Shown piece after piece: positions 28,508 through 38,750 of a stretch of 64,000 nucleotides of DNA. The notes below the pieces were generated by a model. The model ran no database searches, was not told the DNA's origin, and saw only the letters and a list, made by a program, of their open reading frames with translations. Position 1 is the first letter of the stretch. Every line of letters starts with the position of its first letter. The translations under genes were made by a program, and so were the position numbers. Origin of the DNA: a virus; IMG/VR virus record IMGVR_UViG_3300048854_000232, positions 32,618 through 96,617 of that record; one strand, 5' to 3'.

Positions 28508-29963
28508 ATGAATACTGCCATGCTTCCCTTCAACGTCGAGATCATGAACATCGACCGTAATAAGGTTGCTCACCTGAAGCCGGTGACCAGCCTGGACTAT
28601 TACGAGAACGTCGGTGGCGACCTCCACGGGGACGGTTTGTTCTCGGTCGAGATCTTCGGCCGGGTCGGTGAGGAAAGCCGCGACAAGCGCTTCTCCTACA
28701 TCGATCTCAAGACCCAGATTTTCCACCCGGTCATCTACCAAGCGCTGTGCAAGCTGAAGGGTCTCTACCAAGGCATCCTGGCAGGCACGGCTTTCGCGAC
28801 CTGGGACCCGATCACCAAGGACTTCAAAGCCGCCGACGAATTGGTCGGAGAGACCGGCTATGCGTTCTTCATCTCTCACTGGAAAGAGATCGCCTTTGCT
28901 GGCAACAAGTCCGGCATCCGTGACGCTCGCATCCAGCTGGTCGAGAAGTACCGTGACCGTGCGTTGTGCGACAAGATCCTGGTCATGCCTGCGGGCTTGC
29001 GGGATATCGAAGTCGGCGACGACGGCCGGACGGTCGTGGGTGATATCAACACCTTCTACCGCAAGATCATCTCGATCAGCAAAACCATCACCACCACCGA
29101 ACACGGTGCGCAGTCCCGTACGCTGAACCTGCCGCGGCATTTGCTCCAGCAGACCTTCAACGAGATCTACGGCACGATCGAGACCATGCTCACGGGCAAG
29201 TACGGCTTCCTGCAGTCCAAGTGGGGTAGCCGGCGTATCTTCAACGGTACGCGAAACGTGATCACGGCGATGGATACCTCCACCGAAGTGCTGGGTGGCC
29301 GCAATGCCCCCAAGTATACAGACACGATCCTGGGCTTGTACCAGGCGATCAAGTCCCTCGGCGCGGTGTCGGTGCATCTGCTCAAGACCGGTTACCTGGC
29401 TCAGATCTTTGCCCCGGGCAACGGTTACGCCAATCTGGTGGACCCGACGACCTACAAGGGCGTGCAGGTCAAGCTTGCTTCGGATACCTTTGACCGTTAC
29501 ACGACGGTGGAAGGGCTGGAGAAAGTCATCTCCAGTTACGGCGAGACCACGCTGCGCGCAAAACCGGTAATGGCCGATGGCTATTACCTGGCGCTTATCT
29601 ATGCCGGTCCGGACCGCACCTTCAAGGTCTTCTCCTCGATCGATGAGTTGCCCGAAGGGTTCGATCGCAAATTCGTCCGTCCCATCAACCTGGTCGAACT
29701 GATCTACCTCTCCGGTTACCGGAAGTGGAATGATTACGTAGGCTTCGTCACCCGCTACCCGGTCACCGGTACGGGCAGCTGCTACCCCTCCACCTTGTAC
29801 GTCAAGACCACGATCGTGGGCGAGATGCGCAGGGAATTGGATGAGGAGTGGCGGGTCTCGGACGAAGATGCGGTCGCGCTGGAATTCCCCACCTACGAGA
29901 CGCTGGCCTATCTGGATTCCCAGGTGGTCTCCAGTGCACGTCTTAAAGGTTTGGGTGCTGACT
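28508..29963 (+). CDS. rpoC: Virion RNA polymerase beta' subunit (phiKZ gp180-like), exon 1
   Basis: RpoC-like GLFSVEIFG, ILVMPAGLRD, GRRIFNGTRNVIT and RYP motifs; ends ...ARLKGLGAD-T. Alternative GTG start at 28493. Confidence 0.9.
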
Positions 29964-30361
29964 TAACGCTTCACTAGGTCCTTGTGGGGGTAACCCTACT
30001 CGAAAAACTCTTCTAATTGCTGGAAACTCTCGTTTGAACATGGCGCGCGACAACGTAATCCGAAAGGGTCAGCGTGAGCGCATGAGAAGCCGTCATGTAG
30101 AGACAATCAGCAGCCAAGTCCCTAACGCTCGAACGTGTCGTCCTCCACGGGAAAGTTACGGGAAAGGTTCAACGACTAGGCGAAAGCCGTAGGGTCAAGT
30201 GACCCGAAATGGAGAGCATCCGTGAGCTGCTGGATAGCGCTGCGGATGAAGATATAGTCTGGCCATGCAGGGTGACCTGCAGCTGTTTGTGTTGCCTGCC
30301 CCTCCCTCCCCTCGGGCAGCACGAGCGCGCCGGTTCTAACGAAACCGGTGGAACACACGCG
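29964..30361 (+). ncRNA. Group I self-splicing intron (IA-type, 398 nt, no ORF) in the RNAP beta' DFDGD codons
   Basis: P AATTGCTGGAAA 30015-30026, Q AATCAGCAG 30105-30113, R GTTCAACGACTA 30167-30178, S AAGATATAGTC 30249-30259; exon GACU pairs with intron GGUC (U-G at splice site); terminal G30361; splicing restores GAC TTC GAC GGC GAT. Confidence 0.93.
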
Positions 30362-30528
30362 TCGACGGCGATACGAGTTCTTGGAACGCGATCGTCGGTG
30401 ATGAATCCTTACGAGAAGTCAAAGAGTTCCTGGACTCCAAGGCCGCTTACGTTGACCCGCGCGGTGGCTTACATGCCTCCGCTGATGTGGCAACGGTGGC
30501 CCTGGTCCTGCAGAACATGACCGGCTAA
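30362..30528 (+). CDS. rpoC: Virion RNA polymerase beta' subunit, exon 2 (not in the ORF track)
   Basis: After splicing reads (D)FDGDTSSWNAIVGDESLREVKEFLDSKAAYVDPRGGLHASADVATVALVLQNMTG-stop; spliced product ~540 aa. Confidence 0.9.
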
Positions 30529-30548
30529 CCGCACCACGAGGTTGACCC

Positions 30549-33500
30549 ATGATGATCCTTTACCCCCAGTACTACCGACAGCACGGCATTCGTCGTGCCG
30601 TGCAGTTGGTGGCCCCGACCTTGAGTCGGATGGAAACGCTGGACCTGCCCCAGGGCAGCATCCTGCACTTTGTCGCCCAAGACGAGTCGCAGTACGGCAT
30701 GCCCCAGGACGACTACCTCCTTCGCCATGTTTCGCGGATGATGTACGTCGACCATGTCAAGGAGCTGGGCGATAACAAAGGCAACCCGCGTCCGACGCGG
30801 CAGCCGCCCAACCAGATGATCCGGGACTACCAGCGGAAGTACCGCCGTACGCGTGCGCTGACCAACATCGATGCCCTGCTGCGCGATCCGCGCACGCTGG
30901 TGATCGAGAACTATGCGCTGCTGCCGCATCTCTTCCGTTACACGACCAGCTACTTCCGCAACTACTACAAGTGGTGGAACATCCAAGCCGCCATGTGGGC
31001 GCGGGTGGGCGAGCTGGACGTGAAGGCCGATCGTCAGCAGTACCTGGAATGCTACCTACCTACCATCCTTCCGTCGTTGGGCCAACTCCGCAAGGGCGAG
31101 GCCTACACCAACCGGTCGACCATTGCCGCGTTCGCACAGAACGAGTCGATGTTCATCCTGGAAGTGTGGAAGTGGCTGGGTGAGCACCGTGAGACCTCCG
31201 TGCTGGCCAAGGCGGGTCCTCGCAACCTGTCGAAGATGAACCTCATCTGGACCCAGTCCGATAAGTGGTTCATCATGAACCTGGGTCTGCTGGACCAGTG
31301 GCGTCGTCCCTCGGAGACCGAGCTCAAAGCCGGTGCTGATCCCAAGCACGGGATTGTCGATCCGCAGATGATGCAGAAGCGCTTCTTGCGTGCTCTGATG
31401 TTCCTCTTCGAATCGGGTACGGTCGCCGGTGGTGAAGCGAAGGCTGTGGCGGAGGCGACGATCGTTGCCCCGACCGCCGATGGCACGACCAAGGAGCCCA
31501 CGGGCGAGGTCAAGGCGGTCGACGTGCCGCTGAAGATCGCGATGCCGCATCCGGACGATCCGAACAAGACCAAGCTGATCACGATCAAGCCGGGCCTGAA
31601 CATCGATAACTTCCCGGACCATCCGGTGGAAGAGACCGCGGACAACATGCGGTTGATCGATGAGGCCATCACCAAGGACCTGGACGCCCTGGCTCATCTG
31701 CACCTGGATCAGGTCGAAGATGAGCTGACCGGTGAAGACGGTGAGCCGCCGGTGGACGTGCCCCAGGCGATGATCAACTATGTCGCTGAGCAGCGTACCC
31801 TGGAATCGGCCATCATGGCCAAGGCGGATGCCCTGGTCGATGACGGTCTGCTCTCGGGTGCGGAGTATCGCCGGTTGATGGCGGTCTCCTCGGCGTATAA
31901 GAAGATCCCCGATCCGTACGGCTCCGGTCAGACCCTGGAAGTCCAGGCGCAGATCGATGTGCAGAACCTGGTGATCTCCGATGCCCCGTCGATTCCCGAT
32001 AGCGTCAGCATCGTGGACAAGTCGATGCTGAAGACCAGCTTGGCACACTTTGACACCAAGTACGTCAACGAGGTCATGCCCAAGGACATCACCAACATGG
32101 TGCTGGGTATCCAGCACGGTGGCGTGGGTGTTACCGGTTACCAGATCGAACACATCGAAGACGCACTCAACAGTTACACCTCGCACACGGTCAACCTGGT
32201 GCCGGTCACGGGCAAGCCCTCGACCATCCGCTTCCGGTTGCCCAAGGTCGAGGACGACGGCACGTTCCGTGCCGGTGGCGTGCGCTACCGTCTGCGTAAG
32301 CAGCGCGGTGACATGCCCATTCGTAAGCTCTCCCCCGAGAAAGTGGCCCTGACCAGTTACTACGCGAAGATCTTCGTTTCCCGTAGCGATAAGCAGGTGC
32401 ACAACTACCCGGGTTGGCTGACCAACCAGATCGCTGCACGCGGTATGGATCCGACCAACGAGGACGTGGACCACCTGATGGTCTCGGACGTGTTCAAGCG
32501 GGAATACCGCACGCCACGTCTGTACTCGATCCTGGCCGCACGCTTCCGCTCCTTTGAGCTGCCCAAGTACGACATGCAGTTCTTCCTGGACTACGCCGCT
32601 CGTTATAAGCAGTTCGGCGAAGAGCGGGTCAAGGCAGCTGAGAAGTCGGGCATGACGGTGATCGGTCGTTCGGGCGGTTACAGTCGGTCGGGTGGTAAGG
32701 ATGCCTACAGCCTAATCCTGGTCGACCAGAACGATGTGCTTTACCAGACCAACTTCGACAACGACGAAGAGATCGCGGTGCGTGGGACCATGGAATCGCT
32801 GCTCGAGTTGGATCGCCGCAAGGCACCAGCTGAAGTGGCGGTACTGAAGGTCTTCAATAAGCTCGTCCCGGTCGGCATGTTCTTGGCCTACCAGATGGGT
32901 CTGTCGCGCCTGTTCGAAGTACTCGGTGTGAATCCCCGTCGCGTGCCCTCGGGTGAACGTGTCAACCTCTCCGATGACGAGTACGTCCTGAAGTTCCAGG
33001 ACGAGCAGTTGGTGTTCCCCAAGGAACATCGTCTGGCCGCTCTGATCCTGGCCGGTATCGGCACCTACGAGAACGCCACTAGCAACTACCCGGTACATCT
33101 GTTCGATCGCAAAGACATCTACCTCAACGTGCTGGATCAGGCGGGGGTGGGTGCCAGGTACTTGCGTGAAATGGATCTGATGGTCGAGATGTTTGTCGAT
33201 CCCATCACCCGCGAACTGCTGGAAGACATGCACGAGCCGCTGGACTTCATTGGTCTGGTCATCCGGGCCTGTGAGCTGCTGCAGACCGATTGGTCGCCCG
33301 ATGAAACCGACATGGCCTTCATGCGCATCAAGGGCTACGAGCGTATGGCCGGTGCGGTGTATTCCGAATTGGTGAACGCGGTCCGTGGTCATCGTGCCCG
33401 CAGCTCCTCGAACGCCTCGATCGAACTGTCGCCCTACGCCGTGTGGACTGCCGTTGCGCAGGACTCCTCGGTCAAGCTGGTCGAAGACTCCAACCCGGTG

Positions 33501-33782
33501 CACAACCTCAAAGAACGTGAAGAGCTCACCTACTCCGGTACCGGTGGTCGCTCGGCACGCTCGATGGTCAGCGCCACGCGTGTGTATCACCCCAACGACA
33601 TGGGCGTCATCTCGGAGGCCACCAAGGACTCCGCTGACGTGGCGATCACCACGTTCACCACGGCCGATCCGAACCTGAAGAACCTGCGCGGTGTCACCGG
33701 CCGGTACGAGAAGGGGAACCTGGGTCCGGCCTCGTTGCTGTCTACCTCGGCGCTCCTGGCCCCGGCAGCGACCCGTGATGAT
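30549..33782 (+). CDS. rpoB: Virion RNA polymerase beta subunit (phiKZ gp178-like), exon 1
   Basis: 1078 codons; RpoB-like GTGGRSARSM and YHPNDMGVISEAT; ends TRDD. Confidence 0.9.
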
Positions 33783-34150
33783 TAAAGAGTTAGAAGCAAC
33801 CGCTTTTAACTCTACGGTCCGCTTACATGGAAACGTGTAAGTGAACTCTCCTTAATTGCTGGGACCTCCTTAGAGCCTCACTACCACTGCGAGTCGAAAG
33901 ACAAAGCGACGGTTTGAAAAGTGTGAGGATTGGACAATCAGCAGCGAAGCCCTGTTAATCGGGGAACGTTCATCGACTAAGGCTTTATCAGCCGGTACCC
34001 GTCAAGCGATGGGGAAATGGGAGACACCCTTTAAGCACTCTGATCTAGACAGAAATTGCCAAGGGTGAAGATATAGTCAGCTCTGCATGGAAACATGCAG
34101 CTGCTCCGCAAGGAGCGGGGTAGGGTTTGCGGCCCTGCCTGAACATAAGG
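33783..34150 (+). ncRNA. Group I self-splicing intron (IA-type, 368 nt, no ORF) in RNAP beta
   Basis: P AATTGCTGGGA 33854-33864, Q AATCAGCAG 33936-33944, R GTTCATCGACTA 33968-33979, S AAGATATAGTC 34068-34078; 5' exon ends in U, intron ends in G; splicing gives in-frame DD|PKRVNFISIQ. Confidence 0.92.
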
Positions 34151-35278
34151 CCAAAACGTGTCAACTTCATCTCCATCCAGCAGTCGGCTGGTACCTTCGC
34201 TAAGGGCTACGTGCCCTCGCCGCTGCGTACCGGTTACGAGCAGATCCTGGCCCACCGTACCGATGACCTCTACGCCTACACGGCCAAGAAGCCCGGTAAG
34301 ATCACCCGCCTCACGGCGCAAGCGATCACGGTGACCCACGAGGACGGTTCGGTCAAGACGATCGAGCTGGGTCGTCGCTTTGGTGTGGCGGCAGGTACGA
34401 TTCTCCCCCATGCGGTGGAGACCCGACTCAAAGTCGGTGATGAGGTGAAGCTGGGTGATATCGTTGCCTACAACCGTAACTACTTCCAGATTGACCCGCT
34501 GAACCCCAAGCAGGTCGTGTGGAAGGCTGGTGTCTTGGTCAAGACTGCGATCATGGAATCGACCGATACATTGGAAGACTCCTCCGCTATCTCGGAAGAG
34601 GTGGCGGGCCTCATGGAAACGCAGATCACCAAGATCCGCGATGTCCAGGTGGCGTTCGATCAGTCCGTACGCAATCTGCTGCCGGTGGGAACCCCGGTGG
34701 AAGTCGAGAGTATTTTATGTACAATCGAAGATGCGGTCACGGCGCAGAGCAATCTGCTGGATAGCGACTCGCTGGATACCTTGCGATTGATCTCGGCCAA
34801 TACCCCTCGGGCGAAAGTCAAGGGCGTGATCGAGAAGATCGAGGTGTTCTACAACGGAGACATCGACGAGCTGTCGCCTTCGTTGCAGGAATTGGCACAA
34901 GCTTCCGACCGTGAACGTAAACGCACTGCCCGTGAACTGGGCAAGACCTACACCCCAGGCCGCGTGGATGACTCGCTGCGTGTGGATGGCAACCCGCTGC
35001 CGCCGGATAACCTGGTGGTGCGGATGTACATCACCAGCGATATGTCCGCTGGCGTGGGTGACAAGGGCGTGTTCGGCAACCAGCTGAAGACGATCCATGG
35101 TCGAGTGATGTCGGGCAAGAACGAGACCGAGTCTGGTCAGCCCATCGGTGCGATCTTCGGTTACCAGAGTATCTCCGACCGTATTGTGTATTCGCCGGAA
35201 ATCATCGGTACCACCAATACGCTTCTCAAGATCATTTCCAAACGCATGGTCGCCGCTTACTACGGGAAACTGAAATGA
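34151..35278 (+). CDS. rpoB: Virion RNA polymerase beta subunit, exon 2
   Basis: Contains EDSSAIS and VGDKGVFGNQLKT (RpoB GDK motif); spliced beta is 1453 aa. Confidence 0.9.
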   Translation, partial: PKRVNFISIQQSAGTFAKGYVPSPLRTGYEQILAHRTDDLYAYTAKKPGKITRLTAQAITVTHEDGSVKTIELGRRFGVAAGTILPHAVETRLKVGDEVKLGDIVAYNRNYFQIDPLNPKQVVWKAGVLVKTAIMESTDTLEDSSAISEEVAGLMETQITKIRDVQVAFDQSVRNLLPVGTPVEVESILCTIEDAVTAQSNLLDSDSLDTLRLISANTPRAKVKGVIEKIEVFYNGDIDELSPSLQELAQASDRERKRTARELGKTYTPGRVDDSLRVDGNPLPPDNLVVRMYITSDMSAGVGDKGVFGNQLKTIHGRVMSGKNETESGQPIGAIFGYQSISDRIVYSPEIIGTTNTLLKIISKRMVAAYYGKLK

Positions 35279-35487
35279 AAGACAAAAAAGCCGAGCAGTC
35301 CGCGCTCGAAGCCAACCTCCCGGTGATTGTCAATGCCGTGGAACTGGTGTCGCAGGTCGTGGCGCAGGTGGCCGGTAACGCCATCTCCAACATGATCGAC
35401 GGCAAGATCGTCACCCCGACGGTCCTCCAGGGAACCGTGGCGGCGCGCCTGCAATCCATCCTCAACTCGCAGACGGGAGCACGCTGA
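35275..35487 (+). CDS. Small hypothetical protein
   Basis: 70 aa; overlaps the upstream stop (ATGA) and the downstream start (TGATG). Confidence 0.7.
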   Translation: MKDKKAEQSALEANLPVIVNAVELVSQVVAQVAGNAISNMIDGKIVTPTVLQGTVAARLQSILNSQTGAR

Positions 35488-36950
35488 TGCTTACCAAAAG
35501 TTCGCTGATCGCCAGCTTCCCGCTGGCCCAGCAGCTGGCCATGAACGGTGCCCAGTTGGCTCCGGTGGGTGACAGCCCGCTGGCCGCGCTGGTCTCGGCC
35601 AGCCTGGTGGACGCGCAGACCGTGGGCGATGCCCCGGCCGGTACGTTCGAAGAGCAGCCCGAACTGGGCGAGCTCATGCTCCAGTCCTCGGCCAACGCCG
35701 ACATGGCGGGCGTGTGTCAGCACGACGCGATCATGGCCAACACGGTGGCCGCGGTCAGCAAGGCCGTGGAGAAGAACCTCGACCTGGCTCGCAACGTCGT
35801 CGGGCCGCTGATCAAGAAGGTGGTCGAAGACACCCAGGCCTACATGGACAGCACCGCGCAGTCCTCGCTGGCCCCGATGTCGATCTCCCCGTTCTACTAC
35901 CAGAGCCTGTGGGACAACCCGACCACGGTCGACTTCGTCCGCAAGTTCGAGAATGCCCCGGTGACCCCGGTCGCTCTCTCGGGTCTGACCCTGCCCGCGC
36001 CGACCTCGGCGCTGGAAGCAATGCTCACCGGTGCTGGCAGCTATGATGCCGACATCAAGGCATTCGTCGACGCGGTCGGTGAAGAGTACCTTCAGGGCGT
36101 CTGGCGCTCGGTGTTCGGTGGTGGCGTCAGCCAGCTGTCCGATTACCTGCGCTGGAGCCAGGACAAGATCGATGCGACCCTGGCGACGTTCCTCTTCGCC
36201 CGTCGTCTCTTCGACGATGTCCCCGAAGGCCTCAACATGGACCTGTCCGCGTACAAGGCGTACATGGGTGCCGTGGTGGGTTTCGCTGGCCGTCTGTGCT
36301 GCGCGATCTACAAGAAGCGTGAAGCCGACGTCGGTATCAAGGCGCTGGTCAATGCGATGCCGGTCGGTGGCCAGGGTTCGATCCAGGTCAACGGCGATGT
36401 CTACCAGTCCTTCCTCGAAGCCGGTGGTTCGCCGGAAGTCCTCTTCGGCGCCGCCGTGAGCGACGGTCAGCGTAACTTCGCGACCCTGCTGGAAGCCAAG
36501 GACCGCTACGTGCGGGAATGGCAGCGTACCTACGCCCTGCTGCAGAGCAAGGCGGCTTCGGTGCGTCTGGACAGCATGATCAGCGGCCTGCGTGGCGCCC
36601 TGGTCTGCCTGCTGAAGGATGAGTCGCTGGGCTTCGAGCTCTCGGCTGATATCTACCAGCAGCGGATCAAGGAGCGTCTGGCCAAGATCAAGCCCAAGGA
36701 CATCGAGGACATCTGGCACGTCGCCCGCAAGGCCGTCTGCCGCGTGTTCTACCCGCAGACCGACGTCGAGCGCGTGCTCAACGCCGTGGACGCCTCGGCT
36801 CTGGCACACCCGGAGCTGGACATCCGTGAAGCGGGTCTGCTGGCCACGATCGACTTCGTGGCAGCCTGGGTGGCCGATCTGATGACGGTCACGCTGCTCT
36901 CGGACATGGGCCGTCCGCCGGAACGTACGGCTAAGTTCTTCGGAGCCTAA
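35487..36950 (+). CDS. Conserved phiKZ-like protein (gp177-like position), possibly head morphogenesis
   Basis: 487 aa, strong codon bias, lies between RNAP beta and the head protease. Confidence 0.7.
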   Translation: MLTKSSLIASFPLAQQLAMNGAQLAPVGDSPLAALVSASLVDAQTVGDAPAGTFEEQPELGELMLQSSANADMAGVCQHDAIMANTVAAVSKAVEKNLDLARNVVGPLIKKVVEDTQAYMDSTAQSSLAPMSISPFYYQSLWDNPTTVDFVRKFENAPVTPVALSGLTLPAPTSALEAMLTGAGSYDADIKAFVDAVGEEYLQGVWRSVFGGGVSQLSDYLRWSQDKIDATLATFLFARRLFDDVPEGLNMDLSAYKAYMGAVVGFAGRLCCAIYKKREADVGIKALVNAMPVGGQGSIQVNGDVYQSFLEAGGSPEVLFGAAVSDGQRNFATLLEAKDRYVREWQRTYALLQSKAASVRLDSMISGLRGALVCLLKDESLGFELSADIYQQRIKERLAKIKPKDIEDIWHVARKAVCRVFYPQTDVERVLNAVDASALAHPELDIREAGLLATIDFVAAWVADLMTVTLLSDMGRPPERTAKFFGA

Positions 36951-36953
36951 GCC

Positions 36954-37679
36954 ATGGACTGGAAGCGCTACCAGCGTGATGCCTCCAAGGTGCATGCGGT
37001 ATTGGTAGAGCAACCGGACAATTCGGTAATGACCACTCGGGGCGTGAAGATATACGTCCCCGAGCGGTTCTCTGAAAAGCAGTTGGCTGTGATTGGTGCG
37101 GAGACGTATATCGTCGGCATCTTTGCGATCGTGGTGGATGACTTGTATTACGGGGTCTCCACCGCGAACGCGATGATGCGCATCAAGCCCAGCCTGATCA
37201 GTACGGTCAAGTTCGATGACTCCACCTACCTTGAGTTTTCCTTCGAGGCAGGCAGTACGGTCATCGCTACCACCGAGTTGATCAAGACCGATACCCTGGT
37301 CTACCGGATCTTCGATGAGATGATTGCCAAGGGCCACGTACCCTGGTACCTGTCTTACGACGACCTGGCCAAGCTGTTCGAGACCGCCGAATACCATGCC
37401 GGCATGCGTCTGACCCGTTCCCACGCTATCTTGGAAATGATTGCTGCCGCCGTGGCACGCGATCCGCAGGACCGTACCAAGTACTACCGCCATTCGGTGG
37501 TGAACCAAGCCGACGAGCGTTCACGCCCGCCGGTGGTGATCCCCTTGCGCAGTATTACCTACGGTGCCACCAACACCACCTCGAAGCTCCTAGGGTCCTA
37601 CTGGGACCAGGGCTTGACCAGTGCGTTGGTGAACCCGTCCACCAAGGTTGAGAATATCGAAGATCTGCTGCGGCGTTAA
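36954..37679 (+). CDS. Conserved phiKZ-like protein (gp176-like position)
   Basis: 241 aa directly upstream of the head protease. Confidence 0.7.
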   Translation: MDWKRYQRDASKVHAVLVEQPDNSVMTTRGVKIYVPERFSEKQLAVIGAETYIVGIFAIVVDDLYYGVSTANAMMRIKPSLISTVKFDDSTYLEFSFEAGSTVIATTELIKTDTLVYRIFDEMIAKGHVPWYLSYDDLAKLFETAEYHAGMRLTRSHAILEMIAAAVARDPQDRTKYYRHSVVNQADERSRPPVVIPLRSITYGATNTTSKLLGSYWDQGLTSALVNPSTKVENIEDLLRR

Positions 37680-37725
37680 GCCGCGGCAGGCCTTTTACCT
37701 GCCGCGTCGTTTAGGAGTTTGTGTT

Positions 37726-38502
37726 ATGATTGGCACGCAAAGTGCAAGCTACGGCTGTACGGCGCTGAAAGGGACCAACAAGGCCGGCGTCGTCAAGCCG
37801 GACGCGTCGGGCTATTACACGCTGGTGGTCGGTGCCCTGGACTTCTTCAATTCCGGTGGTGCGTATTACCCCCTCGGCCCCGCCAAGGCCATGTTCGATG
37901 AAGCGCACAGTTTCCAGCGGCGCATTCGCAATGGTTGCCTGTTCGGCGAGATGGGTCATCCCCGTCCCGGCCAGATGAACATGCAGCAGTTCATGGCACG
38001 CGTCATGGACATCGACGAGAAGAACGTGTGCTGCCACTTCCGTCGCGTTTACCTGGACTATGACCGGATCACCGATGCCAAGGGCCGTAAGGTCGTGGCA
38101 ATCATGGCCGAAGTCAAGCCGGCAGGTCCGATGGGCCCTGCGCTGCAGTCCGCGCTCGACAACCCGGATGAGAACGTCTGCTTCTCGATCCGCTCCATTA
38201 CCAATGACAAGATGATGGGCGGTGTCCTCAACAAGGCCATCAAGACCATCGTCACGTTCGACAAGGTGACCGAGCCGGGGATCTCCATCGCCACGCGTTG
38301 GAATGCTCCGGGCCTGGAAAGCTTCATCTTGGAAGACCACCTGATCGTGCCGGCGCATCTGCATGCCGTGGCACGGCGTCAGCGGGAGACCCAGCAGCTG
38401 GGCCTGGAGTCGGGCAGCGTCCTCTCTGCGGAGAGCGTGTTGCAGGACCTGGGCTGGATCGAATCAATCCGCACAGCAGCCCCGCCGTCCAACCGCTGGT
38501 AA
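37726..38502 (+). CDS. Prohead maturation protease (phiKZ gp175-like)
   Basis: AGGAG RBS; catalytic-type motifs LFGEMGHP, FSIRS and TFDKVTEPG; C-terminal GLE repeats fit S/A/G-x-E autocleavage. Confidence 0.88.
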   Translation: MIGTQSASYGCTALKGTNKAGVVKPDASGYYTLVVGALDFFNSGGAYYPLGPAKAMFDEAHSFQRRIRNGCLFGEMGHPRPGQMNMQQFMARVMDIDEKNVCCHFRRVYLDYDRITDAKGRKVVAIMAEVKPAGPMGPALQSALDNPDENVCFSIRSITNDKMMGGVLNKAIKTIVTFDKVTEPGISIATRWNAPGLESFILEDHLIVPAHLHAVARRQRETQQLGLESGSVLSAESVLQDLGWIESIRTAAPPSNRW

Positions 38503-38653
38503 AAAAATACCGTCGGCCATGTTCCTATGGACAGGGGGCGCGGCACAAGTCACAACGTTCGGAAAGGACGTACTCAGACAGCCTTAGCTCGACGCTTTCG
38601 CCGGAACGGCAACAGCTTGTACTGCAACTTGTCTCGCGCACTCGCGCACCCCT

Positions 38654-38682
38654 AAAGCCTCCGCCCAAAAGGCGGAGGCTTT
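38654..38682 (+). terminator. Intrinsic terminator
   Basis: AAAGCCTCCGCC-caaaa-GGCGGAGGCTTT followed by ttttatgcc. Confidence 0.8.
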
Positions 38683-38750
38683 TTTTATGCCTTGGTCGCA
38701 CCGTCATTTTATGCATCCCTTTAACTTGGCTTGATCATCGAGGCATCCAC

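Noticed and set aside
29964-29977. Stop-codon reassignment, readthrough or pseudogene as explanation of the broken RNAP genes
   Set aside because: TAA, TAG and TGA all end normal genes here. The gaps are ~370-400 nt with complete group I cores, and precise excision restores the frame and catalytic motifs.
30209-30520. 103-aa ORF that could be taken for an intron-encoded endonuclease
   Set aside because: It overlaps intron core elements and beta' exon 2 in another frame, and has no HNH, GIY-YIG or LAGLIDADG motif.
34127-34150. ORF-track TTG start for a separate 383-aa RNAP gene
   Set aside because: The start lies inside the intron 3' end with no RBS; the sequence is exon 2 of beta, beginning at 34151.
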